Shown one piece after another: positions 44,626 to 54,399 of a stretch of DNA of 64,000 nucleotides (positions are counted from its first letter, which is position 1; the number at the start of each line of letters is the position of its first letter). Location: positions 124,551 through 188,550 of the forward strand of contig CAYOOP010000001.1 in assembly GCA_964405685.1 (NCBI GenBank), read 5' to 3'. The notes under the pieces are model-generated. The model ran no database searches, had not been told where the DNA came from, and was given only the letters and a program-made list of their open reading frames with translations. The DNA comes from an uncultured Rickettsiales bacterium (GTDB lineage Bacteria > Pseudomonadota > Alphaproteobacteria > Rickettsiales > SXRF01). Both the position numbers and the translations under genes were made by a program.

Positions 44626-45353
44626 TTTGTGCCCTCCTGCTGGAGCTGGTAATCCTTGATATCCGCCAGCGTGCCGAGCGTCTGTAAATAAGCCACCAAC
44701 GCATCCATTTCTGACACAAAATGCTTCTGCCCATCGAAATCACGGATATTCACTTTGTTGCCATAGCGCGTGTTTAGACCAGATGGATCGCTATCTGCAT
44801 GCGCCTGCGCCATCGCGTCGTTATAGGCGCTTTCAATCATCACATCGGTGTAGGGAACACCCACCGTGCGATACGTTTTCATGAGCTTTTCAATTTTACC
44901 AATGTCGGCCGCGTGATTCATCATGAAGCTATAAGACGGCATGATGGATTCCGGCACGACATCGCGCGGTCGAATCATATGCGCCGTGTGCCACTCGTCG
45001 GAATATTTACCACCGACGCGTGCCAAGTCCGGTCCGATGCGCTTGCTCCCCCATAGGAATGGGTGATCATACATACTTTCCGCCGCCAGTGAATAATGGC
45101 CGTAACGCTCCACCTCATCACGCAACGGGCGAATCTGCTGGCTATGGCACGACGAGCAGTTTTCACGAATATAAATTTGTTGACCCGCCAATTCCAGCGG
45201 CGTGAGTGGGCGCATGCCACTCACTTTCTCAATCGTCGTTTCAACGCGAAATAACGGCACAATCTCCACCAACCCGCCAATTGAAATCGCCACCAGCGAA
45301 AATACCAGCAAGAGAATCGAGTTTTTCTCCAGCTTTTTGTGTTTCTCAAGCAT
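44622..45353 (-). CDS. ccoO: cbb3 oxidase subunit II CcoO
   Basis: [40 protein letters not shown]. Confidence 0.96.
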   Translation of the reverse strand: MLEKHKKLEKNSILLLVFSLVAISIGGLVEIVPLFRVETTIEKVSGMRPLTPLELAGQQIYIRENCSSCHSQQIRPLRDEVERYGHYSLAAESMYDHPFLWGSKRIGPDLARVGGKYSDEWHTAHMIRPRDVVPESIMPSYSFMMNHAADIGKIEKLMKTYRTVGVPYTDVMIESAYNDAMAQAHADSDPSGLNTRYGNKVNIRDFDGQKHFVSEMDALVAYLQTLGTLADIKDYQLQQEGTK

Positions 45354-46764
45354 ACGCGGCCTCCTTCACGACGAGCTTCGGAGGATTCACCGTGCGCCAG
45401 CAATTATAAATCATGATGAGCATGCCAGCGAGGTAGAGCAGCCCGCCCAGTGCGCGGATAATGTAATACGGGTGCATGGCCTCCACAGTTTCTACGAAGG
45501 AATATTCGAGAAAGCCCATGCTGTCATAGGCGCGCCACATCAAGCCCTGCATAATGCCCGACACCCACATGGCGGTGATATAAAAAACGATGCCGATGGT
45601 GGCCACCCACAGATGAATATTGATGAGGCGCATCGAATACATTTCCTGCTTCTTCCACAGAACAGGCACGAGGTGATAAATCGCACCGAAACTGATGAAT
45701 GCGACCCAACCGAGCGCGCCAGAATGCACATGGCCAATGCCCCAATCGGTGTAATGCGAAAGTGAGTTCACCGCTTTAATCGACATCAGCGGCCCTTCAA
45801 ATGTGCTCATGCCGTAAAATGCGAGTGCGACGATCATGAAGCGCAACACTGGGTCATCGCGCAGTTTATTCCATGCGCCAGAAAGCGTCATCACTCCGTT
45901 GATCATACCGCCCCAGCTTGGCATCCACAGCATGATAGAAAATGTCATGCCGAGCGTTTGCGCCCAATCGGGCAGCGCGGTGTAATGCAAATGGTGCGGC
46001 CCCGCCCAGATATAGATAAAAATCAGCGACCAGAAATGCAGAATCGAAAGGCGGTATGAATAGACGGGGCGATTCGCACGCTTCGGAATGAAATAATACA
46101 TGATGCCGAGGAAGCCTGCGGTCAAGAAAAACCCAACCGCATTATGGCCGTACCACCACTGGATAAGTGCCGCCTGCACACCCGCCCATACGGGCACCGA
46201 TTTCGCACCTAAGCCTGACACAGGAATGCTCATACCATTCACCAAATGCAGCACGGCGACGGTGGCGATAAAGGCAAGAAAGAACCAATTTGCCACATAA
46301 ATATGCGGCTCTTCGCGCTTGGCGAGTGTCATCAGAAAAATGAGCAGATACGCCACCCATACAACGGTCAGCCACAAATCCGCATACCACTCCGGCTCGG
46401 CATATTCCTTGCCTTGTGTGACGCCGAGCACATAGCCAAGTGCGGCCATCACGATAAACGCCTGATAGCCCCAGAAGGTGAAATTGGCGAGTTTGTCGTT
46501 CCAGAGTCGCGTGCGGCAGGTACGCTGTACGACGAAATAGGATGTCGCAAACAACACACTACCACCAAAGGCAAAAATAACGCCAGATGTGTGCACAGGG
46601 CGCAAACGACCAAAGGTGAGATAGGGATCAAAATTCAAATCCGGAAATGCCATTTGCAGAGCAATGATAAGCCCTACCAACATCCCCACCACACCCCAGA
46701 ACAGTGCGGCGATGGTGAACTTCTTGACGATCTCGTCATTGTAGATGGGAGTAGTTCTTTGCAT
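45346..46764 (-). CDS. ccoN: cbb3 oxidase subunit I CcoN
   Basis: [41 protein letters not shown]. Confidence 0.97.
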   Translation of the reverse strand: MQRTTPIYNDEIVKKFTIAALFWGVVGMLVGLIIALQMAFPDLNFDPYLTFGRLRPVHTSGVIFAFGGSVLFATSYFVVQRTCRTRLWNDKLANFTFWGYQAFIVMAALGYVLGVTQGKEYAEPEWYADLWLTVVWVAYLLIFLMTLAKREEPHIYVANWFFLAFIATVAVLHLVNGMSIPVSGLGAKSVPVWAGVQAALIQWWYGHNAVGFFLTAGFLGIMYYFIPKRANRPVYSYRLSILHFWSLIFIYIWAGPHHLHYTALPDWAQTLGMTFSIMLWMPSWGGMINGVMTLSGAWNKLRDDPVLRFMIVALAFYGMSTFEGPLMSIKAVNSLSHYTDWGIGHVHSGALGWVAFISFGAIYHLVPVLWKKQEMYSMRLINIHLWVATIGIVFYITAMWVSGIMQGLMWRAYDSMGFLEYSFVETVEAMHPYYIIRALGGLLYLAGMLIMIYNCWRTVNPPKLVVKEAAYA

Positions 46765-46765
46765 A

Positions 46766-47416
46766 TTATCTTACACTCCTTGCCGCCAACGCCAGAAGCG
46801 TCAGCCCGTTAAACGCCATGCCAAAGCGGCCAATACCGCGCATCATTTCTTGCCATTTTACGGCGAGCATTGCAGCGCTACCACTCGCCACCAGCAACGC
46901 CGGAATCGTGCCCAGCACAAACAACCACATGGCAAACATCCCCGCGAGCGGGCTCGCAAGTGTCGCCGCCATCATGAGTGCGGCATAAATCAATCCGCAG
47001 GGCATAAAGCTCATCAGCACGCCGCGCAAAAAACCATTCTTGGGTGCGTAAGAAAACAAGGCATGTTGATTCGGCAAAATCGCACTGAGCAGAAATAATC
47101 CGCCTGCTGTCACCATCATTGCTGTCGAAATCGTTGGCCAGTAGCTTGCCGCCGCTAATTGTTTTGAAAAAAGCGCCGCAAAAAATCCAAGCGCGCCATA
47201 GGTGATTAATCGCCCCAGATGATACTGCCACTGCGAAGCCGCATTCATGCGCTTACCGCAATTACCGCCACACGCCGATTGGCACGCCACCACAGGCCCA
47301 CACATGACAAGGCAATGGGTAAGGCTGCCCATCAGCCCGCCTAGAAAAAACACAGCAAACAGGCTCCCGCTTTGCGAGAAAATCGCCGAACAATGTGCAA
47401 GTAGTGCTTCCATCAA
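46766..47416 (-). CDS. DsbD_2/TauE-SafE-like membrane protein associated with cco clusters
   Basis: [43 protein letters not shown]. Confidence 0.85.
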   Translation of the reverse strand: MMEALLAHCSAIFSQSGSLFAVFFLGGLMGSLTHCLVMCGPVVACQSACGGNCGKRMNAASQWQYHLGRLITYGALGFFAALFSKQLAAASYWPTISTAMMVTAGGLFLLSAILPNQHALFSYAPKNGFLRGVLMSFMPCGLIYAALMMAATLASPLAGMFAMWLFVLGTIPALLVASGSAAMLAVKWQEMMRGIGRFGMAFNGLTLLALAARSVR

Positions 47417-47458
47417 TAATCCTTTGGAAGCACTCTATAATTAAGCCACTTCAGTGCC

Positions 47459-47472
47459 TTGATTTGGGTCAA
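47459..47472. promoter_or_regulatory. FNR/FixK box upstream of the cco operon
   Basis: TTGATTTGGGTCAA, identical to the box at 39057 (ccttgatttgggtcaagc shared); 42 bp upstream of the first gene. Confidence 0.82.
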
Positions 47473-47651
47473 GCAGCATCAAATGCTAACTTTTGTTCTA
47501 AGCCTGTCCGGAATACAGAGACAATCTCGTTGATATCCTACCATCCAGGTGAGGTTTGGAGTGAAAAACCGCTATTTTGGCAGAAATGGGCTTTTGGTAT
47601 GTGGCGGTGAATACGCAAATGGTGCCGGAAACAGCCACAATCACGGAGTCT

Positions 47652-47689
47652 CAGGCCAGACTTAAGTTAGCACTTCAAAATGTTGGCTG
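47652..47689 (-). repeat. att-like repeat copy D overlapping tRNA-Gln 3' end
   Basis: caggccagacttaagttagcacttcaaaatgttggctg; the last 6 nt are the tRNA 3' terminal CAGCCA. Confidence 0.92.
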
Positions 47690-47758
47690 GGGCGCCAGGA
47701 TTCGAACCTGGGAATGCCGGTACCAAAAACCGGTGCCTTACCGCTTGGCGACGCCCCA
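47684..47758 (-). tRNA. tRNA-Gln (TTG)
   Basis: TGGGGCG/CGCCCCA acceptor stem, anticodon arm CCGGT-TTTTGGT-ACCGG, T-loop GTTCGAATC, encoded CCA; 75 nt. Confidence 0.97.
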
Positions 47759-48016
47759 ATAGCCTGTGACGGGAGGAGACTTGCCCTGGAAACGAGGCAA
47801 ATCATGGGCTGGCAATTGAATCTAGCGCGCCTGTTTTGTCAATAGGTTTATCGGACAGCGAATCGGGAGCGTGTGGTGGTGCGTGATCGCCGAAACCATC
47901 GCAAAATGACCCTCACAAATTTCCACATACGCAACAATTTTGGACACATCTCTTAATTGAATTTGAATTATTTATTGCAACTTTTAATTGTATTGACCAA
48001 TTGGGGGAAAACACAA

Positions 48017-48163
48017 ATGACTCTTAAGATTCTGGCGGTTGACGATTCGAAAACCATGCGCGACATAGTCGCTTTTACCTTGCGCAATGCTGGATTTGAA
48101 GTGGTGTAGGCAGAAAACGGTAGTGACGCGCTGCGGGTGGTCGAAGACAGCAGCCTCTTTTAA
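48017..48163 (+). pseudogene. CheY-like receiver pseudogene
   Basis: MTLKILAVDDSKTMRDIVAFTLRNAGFEVV*AENGSDALRVVEDSSLF*: internal TAG and truncation before the phospho-acceptor Asp. Confidence 0.85.
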
Positions 48164-48172
48164 GGTATTCTT

Positions 48173-48559
48173 ATGGCCGTAAACAAAGACATGCGCATCT
48201 CGATCGTCGATGATTTTAAGAGCATGATCAAAATCATCCAGAACATGCTGAAGCAATTCGGATTTACCAATGTCACCGAAGCAGCGGACGGGCAAAAAGC
48301 CCTCGAATGCTTGAAACAGGAAAAAATCGATTTGATTTTATCAGACTGGAACATGACACCGATGTCGGGCCTTGATCTGCTCCGTGCCGTACGCAGCGAC
48401 GCCGCCACCAAACACATCCCCATGATTTTAATCACCGCCGAGAACAAGCCTGAAAACATCATCGCCTCGAAGCAGGCGGGGGTGAACAACTACATCGTCA
48501 AACCCGTCAACGCCAACACGCTCAAAGAGAAACTCACCGCCGTACTCGGACCGTTTTAG
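48173..48559 (+). CDS. cheY: Single-domain response regulator CheY
   Basis: IVDDFKSM, DLILSDWNMTPMSG, MILITAE, GVNNYIVKP. Confidence 0.9.
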   Translation: MAVNKDMRISIVDDFKSMIKIIQNMLKQFGFTNVTEAADGQKALECLKQEKIDLILSDWNMTPMSGLDLLRAVRSDAATKHIPMILITAENKPENIIASKQAGVNNYIVKPVNANTLKEKLTAVLGPF

Positions 48560-48635
48560 GTATCAATAGGCCAGCACCCTAAGGTGCCCACCACTCCCAA
48601 CTTGATCGGACGGGGGTTTTTCGCTACCAAAGTGC

Positions 48636-50486
48636 ATGACCTCTCAACTCCACTACCGCGCCGACATCGATGGACTGCGTGCACTCGCCGTGCTCGGCGT
48701 CGTCGGTTATCATGCATTCCCTCAGTGGTTCCAAGGCGGATTTGTGGGGGTAGATGTCTTCTTTGTCATCTCCGGATATTTGATCACCAGTATTATTCTG
48801 CGCAATCTCGGCCAAAGCAATTTTAGTTTCACGGATTTCTACGCCCGCCGCATCCGCCGCATTTTCCCAGCGCTCATCCCTGTGATGCTCGCCGTGCTCG
48901 TCTTTGGTTGGTACATCCCACCCCCAACTGATTTCAAAATCATCGGCGAACACACAACCGCCGCCGCCGGATTTTTCTCCAATATCGTTTACTGGCGCGA
49001 GAGCAACTATTTCGACCGCATGGCCTTCACCAAACTCCTGCTCCACACCTGGTCGCTCGCCGTCGAAGAACAATTCTACATCGCCTGGCCGCTCGTCATG
49101 TGGTGCTTGTGGAAGAAAAAAATAAGCGGTCCTGCGGCCTGCGGCGTGCTTATTTTCCTCTCCTTCCTCTTCAATCTTTATTCTATCACCACTCACCATC
49201 ACGCGACTGCCTTCTACAACACCGCGGCGCGTTTCTGGGAACTCACCCTCGGCAGCCTGCTCGCCTACACCGGGCTTCAAACATCCAGATCCAATACCAA
49301 ATCCATCCTCGGCCTCGCGCTCATCGCCCTCAGCATCGCCGCACCCATTCCCACACTCAGCTTCCCCGGCTGGTTCGTGCTCGCCCCCACATTTGGTGCT
49401 TACTTTCTCATTGCTGCCGGGCCAAATGCCTGGGTCAACCGCCATATTCTGAGCCACCGTCTATTCGTTAGCATTGGCCTCATCTCCTACCCGCTCTATC
49501 TCTGGCACTGGCCGCTCCTGTCGTTTTACCGCATCTACGGCCACGCTGTTCCCTATGGGTACGCGATCATTATTTTTCTCAGCATCGTACTCGCCTCACT
49601 CACTTACATCCTCATCGAAAAACCCATCCGCTTTGGCGGTCATGCGAAAGCAAAAACCCTCATCCTTTGCGCAGTTATGATCGTACTCGGCTGCGTCGGC
49701 CACAGCATTTATAACCGCGATGGCTTGCCCGAGCGCTTCCCCGAATCCATCCGCAGATTATTGAACTTCAACTTCGACTACGACACCGCCTGGCGCGTAA
49801 AAGGGGGTTGTTTCCTCGACACACAAGGTCCCGAATTCTTTAAACCCTGCACCGACGGCTCCACCACCGCCCCCTCCCTATTGCTTTGGGGCGACTCCCT
49901 TGCCGCCAGCATCTACCCCGGCGTCAAAAAAGTCTTCGGCCCCACCCACCGCGTTACCGAGCTGGTCGCCAGAGCCTGCCCACCTATCATAGGGCATGAC
50001 TACCCCGACAATCCCAAGTGCCCAGCCATTAACCGCTATGTTCTAGAACGTATCCGATCGGAGAAAATTGAACGCGTGGTGTTGGTTGGATCCTGGGAAC
50101 GTTACGATGACTGGAAGAACATCGACATCACTATCCAAACGCTCAGAAAACTAGGCGTCAAACGCATCGACATGGTGGGCGGCGTGCCGGAGTGGAAAGC
50201 CACCCCTGTGGATATTCTCTACCGCTACTATCGCCTCCATCCAAACGCACCCCTACCCTTCCGCCTAGGTTCCCCTTACGTCAACCGCCATACCGATAGC
50301 GATGCTGCCGTAGCAGCCTACGCCAAACAGGTCAGTGTGCACTACATCTCCGCCGCCAGCATTTTATGCAACGCCGAAGGCTGCCTTGCCCGTTTAAGCG
50401 ATGAACCGGACTCGATCACTGCCTGGACCAGCCACCACCTCACCGCCAAAGCCGCGGAATATCTCGTCGAACACTTCCCTAAATAA
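48636..50486 (+). CDS. Acyltransferase_3 + SGNH fusion (OafA-like O-acyltransferase)
   Basis: YRADIDGLRALAV, GFVGVDVFFVISGYLIT, HTWSLAVEEQFY, GLISYPLYLWHWP, LWGDS, HHLT. Confidence 0.92.
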   Translation: MTSQLHYRADIDGLRALAVLGVVGYHAFPQWFQGGFVGVDVFFVISGYLITSIILRNLGQSNFSFTDFYARRIRRIFPALIPVMLAVLVFGWYIPPPTDFKIIGEHTTAAAGFFSNIVYWRESNYFDRMAFTKLLLHTWSLAVEEQFYIAWPLVMWCLWKKKISGPAACGVLIFLSFLFNLYSITTHHHATAFYNTAARFWELTLGSLLAYTGLQTSRSNTKSILGLALIALSIAAPIPTLSFPGWFVLAPTFGAYFLIAAGPNAWVNRHILSHRLFVSIGLISYPLYLWHWPLLSFYRIYGHAVPYGYAIIIFLSIVLASLTYILIEKPIRFGGHAKAKTLILCAVMIVLGCVGHSIYNRDGLPERFPESIRRLLNFNFDYDTAWRVKGGCFLDTQGPEFFKPCTDGSTTAPSLLLWGDSLAASIYPGVKKVFGPTHRVTELVARACPPIIGHDYPDNPKCPAINRYVLERIRSEKIERVVLVGSWERYDDWKNIDITIQTLRKLGVKRIDMVGGVPEWKATPVDILYRYYRLHPNAPLPFRLGSPYVNRHTDSDAAVAAYAKQVSVHYISAASILCNAEGCLARLSDEPDSITAWTSHHLTAKAAEYLVEHFPK

Positions 50487-50545
50487 CCCCGCCCACACGC
50501 TTAATTCTTGCTTTTTCCGTGAAAAAGCTTCAAAAAAGCTCCCCT

Positions 50546-51103
50546 ATGAGTAAGGACACCATCTCTTCCGTGGATATCGTCTACGACATCGTGCAAACGA
50601 AGTCCGATGAAGCGCGTCATATTTTGGCCGTGCTGGTAGACAACGAATACGGCGTACTCGCGCGCGTCATCGGCCTGTTTTCCGCGCGCGGTTACAACAT
50701 CGAAAGCCTAACGGTGGCGGAAGTCGATTACGAAAAAAACCTCTCGCGCATCACGGTGGTCACCTCCGGCACCGAAGCGGTGCTTGAACAAATCACCAAG
50801 CAACTCGAGCGTATCATCCCCGTGCACAAAGTGCACGACATCACCGCCGAAGGCGCACATGTCGAACGCGAACTCGCCTTGATCAAAGTCGTCTGTGAAG
50901 GCGACACTCGCATCGAAGTGCTCAGGATTGCCGATATGTTCCATACCAAAGCGGTCGACTCCACCAATGCTTCCTTCGTTTTCGAAATGACCGGCACGGT
51001 CGAAAAAATCGATGCCTTCATTGATCTGATGCGCCCCCTCGGCCTCGCCGAAATCTGCCGCACGGGCGTGGCTGCGATGAGCAGAGGCCAAGAGAAATTT
51101 TAG
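50546..51103 (+). CDS. ilvH: Acetolactate synthase small (regulatory) subunit
   Basis: LVDNEYGVLARVIGLFSARGYNIESL, ERELALIKV, EICRTGVAAMSRG. Confidence 0.93.
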   Translation: MSKDTISSVDIVYDIVQTKSDEARHILAVLVDNEYGVLARVIGLFSARGYNIESLTVAEVDYEKNLSRITVVTSGTEAVLEQITKQLERIIPVHKVHDITAEGAHVERELALIKVVCEGDTRIEVLRIADMFHTKAVDSTNASFVFEMTGTVEKIDAFIDLMRPLGLAEICRTGVAAMSRGQEKF

Positions 51104-51274
51104 TTGTACCCTGTTCTAAAATGAGATCTTGCCTCATGCCCGAGACACCTTATTTGCCAAAAAATCTTTATATATCAATAGGAGAGCGTTGCGCTGAGGG
51201 GGGATTATAAACCGATAATTAATGATAATCCTGTACCATAACAACAGTAAAACACTGTTTCGGTATCGTACAAC

Positions 51275-51952
51275 ATGCCCGGATATTCATCCAAACGCGC
51301 ACTTGATATTGTACTCGGCCTTCTCCTATTAGCCGCAACGTCGCCGTTGTTTATCGTCGCATTCTTTCTTGTTCTGTTTGATGGCAATACGCCCTTCTTC
51401 ACCCAACGCCGATTGGGATTGAACTGCAAAGAATTCACTATCTACAAGTTTAAAACGATGAAATCGCCGCCGCGTTCATCGGCTGCTCCCCTTCACATAC
51501 AACCCGATGCGCCACAACTCACATCCATCGGACGTTTCTTACGCAATACCAGCATGGATGAGTTGCCACAGCTGTTTAACGTGCTCAAAGGCGATATGTC
51601 ACTCATCGGCCCACGCCCGCATGCCATCGAATACGCAAAGCATTACGCCTCGTTTGATCCTCGTTACTACGAGCGCTACCAAGCGTTGCCGGGCATCGTA
51701 TGCCTGGTGCAGATTACATCGCTACGCTATCTGACCGAAACCCCCGATCACATTCGCACACGCATCAGTGCAGATTTATATTATATCAAACACGCCTCAC
51801 TCTGGCTTGATATCAAGATACTTTATAAAACGTTCTTCTGCGTGATACTGCCTCGTTTCTCCTATAAAAAATCTGAAGATCTTCTGGATTACGATATCGC
51901 TCCTTCCTCCCACGTCCCTTCTCAAACACCACGCGAGGCCATTTCGTCTTAA
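51275..51952 (+). CDS. Priming sugar-phosphate transferase (Bac_transf family)
   Basis: KRALDI, F.IYKFKTM, GRFLRNTSMDELPQLFNVLKGDMSLIGPRP, D.YYI...SLWLDIKIL. Confidence 0.93.
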   Translation: MPGYSSKRALDIVLGLLLLAATSPLFIVAFFLVLFDGNTPFFTQRRLGLNCKEFTIYKFKTMKSPPRSSAAPLHIQPDAPQLTSIGRFLRNTSMDELPQLFNVLKGDMSLIGPRPHAIEYAKHYASFDPRYYERYQALPGIVCLVQITSLRYLTETPDHIRTRISADLYYIKHASLWLDIKILYKTFFCVILPRFSYKKSEDLLDYDIAPSSHVPSQTPREAISS

Positions 51953-52116
51953 TGCTTCTCGCATATTTTATAGGAGCCCTGACGTTATAGATTTGGTAAC
52001 CTCTATAAACTAACTTCTTTCGTGAGACGTTTAAGTGCTTAAGAGGAATAGGGTTTATATGTGTGGATTACGGGAATTAAACACCACCAGAAACGAACAA
52101 CAATCACACGGCACGA

Positions 52117-52306
52117 TTGAGGCGCGGTCTTTTACGCGACTGGGTAGTAGAACCTCTCATAGACCCAAGCCAGCTCGCAGAAGGCGGCATCCTTGATAGC
52201 GCACGCATCCAGCAAACCTGGGTTTAAGCACTTGGCCGGGCAAGACCATGCCATTACGCTATGGAGCGTACTCATGTTTCAGGCATGGAGAGAATATGAT
52301 ACCTAA
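52117..52306 (+). pseudogene. C-terminal remnant of asparagine synthase/amidotransferase (AsnB-like)
   Basis: LRRGLLRDWVVEPLIDPSQLAEGGILDSARIQQTW, frameshift, then KHLAGQDHAITLWSVLMFQAW: typical AsnB C-terminus. Confidence 0.75.
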
Positions 52307-53261
52307 AAATATCCGAAGTAAGTTAGGAAGAGGTTTCTTGAAATTTGATATTGGCTCTTTTGAGCAATTATTATCTTACCTATCCCAGCACCATTCCATA
52401 CCTAACCACAAACGCATCTCAATTACTTTATTGGATAAAATTGATGCATTGGAAAATGCAGATTACTATAGAGAAATTATTCTTCTCAATTTTAGTGATG
52501 ATAGGCGTACGTTCAAACGCACATACAAAGATAGGTTTGAAATATTTGACAAAAAGGTTTTAGACGTCATCGCGGCGCAATCGATCTCCTCTTTGAGGGT
52601 GCATGATATAGCCGTAAGTGATGGGAGAACCACGTGTGATTTTTATGAAAAATTGCAGCGGTCATTTCCAGTCGAAGAATATTTTGCCTCAGATTACTCT
52701 CCCGACATAATCGTCATAAACGATAAAATTACTACGAACCCTGATGGAAAGATATTAGAGGTTATTTTTTATCCTTTTGTGTTTGGCAACCAACGGGAGG
52801 GGCTTAGATACCCTATCAATAACGCAATTAGATCCATTGTGTTTTATGGGTACGCGCCGTACTTGCTTAAGCGATACCTTAAAAATCCCTCTATCGAAAA
52901 AAAGACAATCCAGATGTTCTGTTCCACAGCGCAAAGATTAGCATCCAGTGATAATCGTTTTCATTTAATGAAATATAATGTCTTGAATCCTTCTCCCATA
53001 GCGCGCCCTCTAAACATCATAAGAGCAATGAACATCTTCAACCCCGCCTACTTCAGCGACGCGCAAATAACGCTAGCACTTAAAAACATTTATGGTGCAT
53101 TAGAAAACGGCGGACTATTTATTACCGGTTCCAATCAAGATGCAGATTCTCTCGTACACGGTGGTGTTTATCAAAAAACAAACACTGGCTTTAAAGAACT
53201 ATGGCGCTCCGGTGAGGGTTCACCGTGTGGTACTCACATCCATAATTTCCGCGTGGCGTAA
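52296..53261 (+). CDS. Hypothetical protein with SAM-dependent methyltransferase-like C-terminus
   Basis: VHDIAVSDG, SDYSP, NIIRAMNIF..YF....GALENGGLFITG resemble the class I MTase/CheR-like C-terminus; AT-rich. Confidence 0.55.
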   Translation: MIPKNIRSKLGRGFLKFDIGSFEQLLSYLSQHHSIPNHKRISITLLDKIDALENADYYREIILLNFSDDRRTFKRTYKDRFEIFDKKVLDVIAAQSISSLRVHDIAVSDGRTTCDFYEKLQRSFPVEEYFASDYSPDIIVINDKITTNPDGKILEVIFYPFVFGNQREGLRYPINNAIRSIVFYGYAPYLLKRYLKNPSIEKKTIQMFCSTAQRLASSDNRFHLMKYNVLNPSPIARPLNIIRAMNIFNPAYFSDAQITLALKNIYGALENGGLFITGSNQDADSLVHGGVYQKTNTGFKELWRSGEGSPCGTHIHNFRVA

Positions 53262-53262
53262 C

Positions 53263-54399
53263 CTAATACACGTCCACCAACGCCATGTATTGCTTCTCCA
53301 CATTCTCTACAGAAAATTCTTGCATTTTATGTGCTTGGAAATCCAACGTGCGCTGTCTGGCTACATCGGGATGGTCTAAAACATCTGTAATCGCCGCTTT
53401 CAATGCCTCCATATTGCCAACCGATACCAGTGCACCATAACGGCCTTTGCCTAGAATTTCGGCAGTGCCGCCAGGGCAGTTGGTCGAAACAACCGGACAT
53501 CCACAGGCAAGTGCCTCCACTAGCACGGTAGGAAGCCCTTCATAGTTCGAACTCAGCACAAGCATGTTAGCCTTGCTCATAAAGGCATAAGGATTAGCGC
53601 AAAACCCAGGCATGCTCACCACATCGGCGATCCCTAGTTGACTGGCCAGTGTTTCGAGCTCATTGCGCTGCGCTCCCTCTCCTAAAATAATGAGCCGTGC
53701 ATCAGGATGATCTCTACTCACAATAGAAAAACTGCGCAGTAATAATGCAAAATTCTTTTCGCTTGCCAATCGGCCAATGGCCAAAATAACGGGGTTTGTT
53801 TTCCTGCTAAGCCAGGGATGATTGACTGCCTCTTGAGACATTACCACCATCTCTGCATTCACAATAGGGTTATAAATACGTTTGATTCGTTGTGGTGCAA
53901 TATGAGTAAGCTGACTCAAATCAGAAATTAAGAAATCCGACACTACTACCACCTGATTTGCAAAACGATATAGAACACCGATCAACATTTTCAGCAGCCA
54001 TTTGAGAAGCGGATGGTTTTTTCTGTTTTTAAGCCACATCAAGGTGGGGCCGTGGTCAGAAACAATCACTTTTGTGCGTGTGCATGAAAGCAACTTGGCG
54101 AGAATGACTGTAATATTCGCCGCCGGCAGTCCCGTAATCATCACGTCCGGTCGCTGACGGCGCATATAACACGCAAGCATCAACACGCACTTCGCATGGT
54201 CTATCAAACGAAAGGGTTGCAGCTTAAAATCAGCCAGTGTGATGTTGGGAGCCATATGGCTTACAAAATGTCCCTTTAAGTCCATCAGCACAAAGCTCGT
54301 CTGATAGCGCCCCGAATGAGCAAAACGATTGGCGAGGTGCGTCAGGTTTTTCTCCACACCCCCATCTCTTAGAAAGAAATAGAAAAATGCAACGTGCAT
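53263..54399 (-). CDS. GT4 glycosyltransferase
   Basis: GGVEK, IYNPI, IGRL..EKNF, GF..NPY, SSNYEGLPTVLVEALACG. Confidence 0.92.
   Translation of the reverse strand: MHVAFFYFFLRDGGVEKNLTHLANRFAHSGRYQTSFVLMDLKGHFVSHMAPNITLADFKLQPFRLIDHAKCVLMLACYMRRQRPDVMITGLPAANITVILAKLLSCTRTKVIVSDHGPTLMWLKNRKNHPLLKWLLKMLIGVLYRFANQVVVVSDFLISDLSQLTHIAPQRIKRIYNPIVNAEMVVMSQEAVNHPWLSRKTNPVILAIGRLASEKNFALLLRSFSIVSRDHPDARLIILGEGAQRNELETLASQLGIADVVSMPGFCANPYAFMSKANMLVLSSNYEGLPTVLVEALACGCPVVSTNCPGGTAEILGKGRYGALVSVGNMEALKAAITDVLDHPDVARQRTLDFQAHKMQEFSVENVEKQYMALVDVY

Larger units (their letters stand above)
37083..47683. mobile_element. att-bounded island 1 (about 10.6 kb): microaerobic respiration (cbb3) module
   Basis: Bounded by the tRNA-Gln 3' end (copy D) and copy C; no integrase seen. 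Confidence 0.72.

Noticed and set aside
47480-47650. Integrase remnant next to tRNA-Gln
   Set aside because: No ORF or tyrosine/serine recombinase motif recognisable here or at the other cassette ends.
18314-47689. Four-copy repeat as a CRISPR array or integron attC series
   Set aside because: Copies are 6-13 kb apart, separate multi-gene operons, lack the RYYYAAC/GTTRRRY attC ends and long hairpin, and no cas or intI gene is present.
47659-47689. att core as an XerCD dif-like site
   Set aside because: Only an ATGTT match to the XerD arm; no convincing XerC arm at 6-bp spacing.
48624-49457. 277-aa minus-strand ORF opposite the acyltransferase
   Set aside because: Shadow ORF; the plus strand carries clear family motifs.
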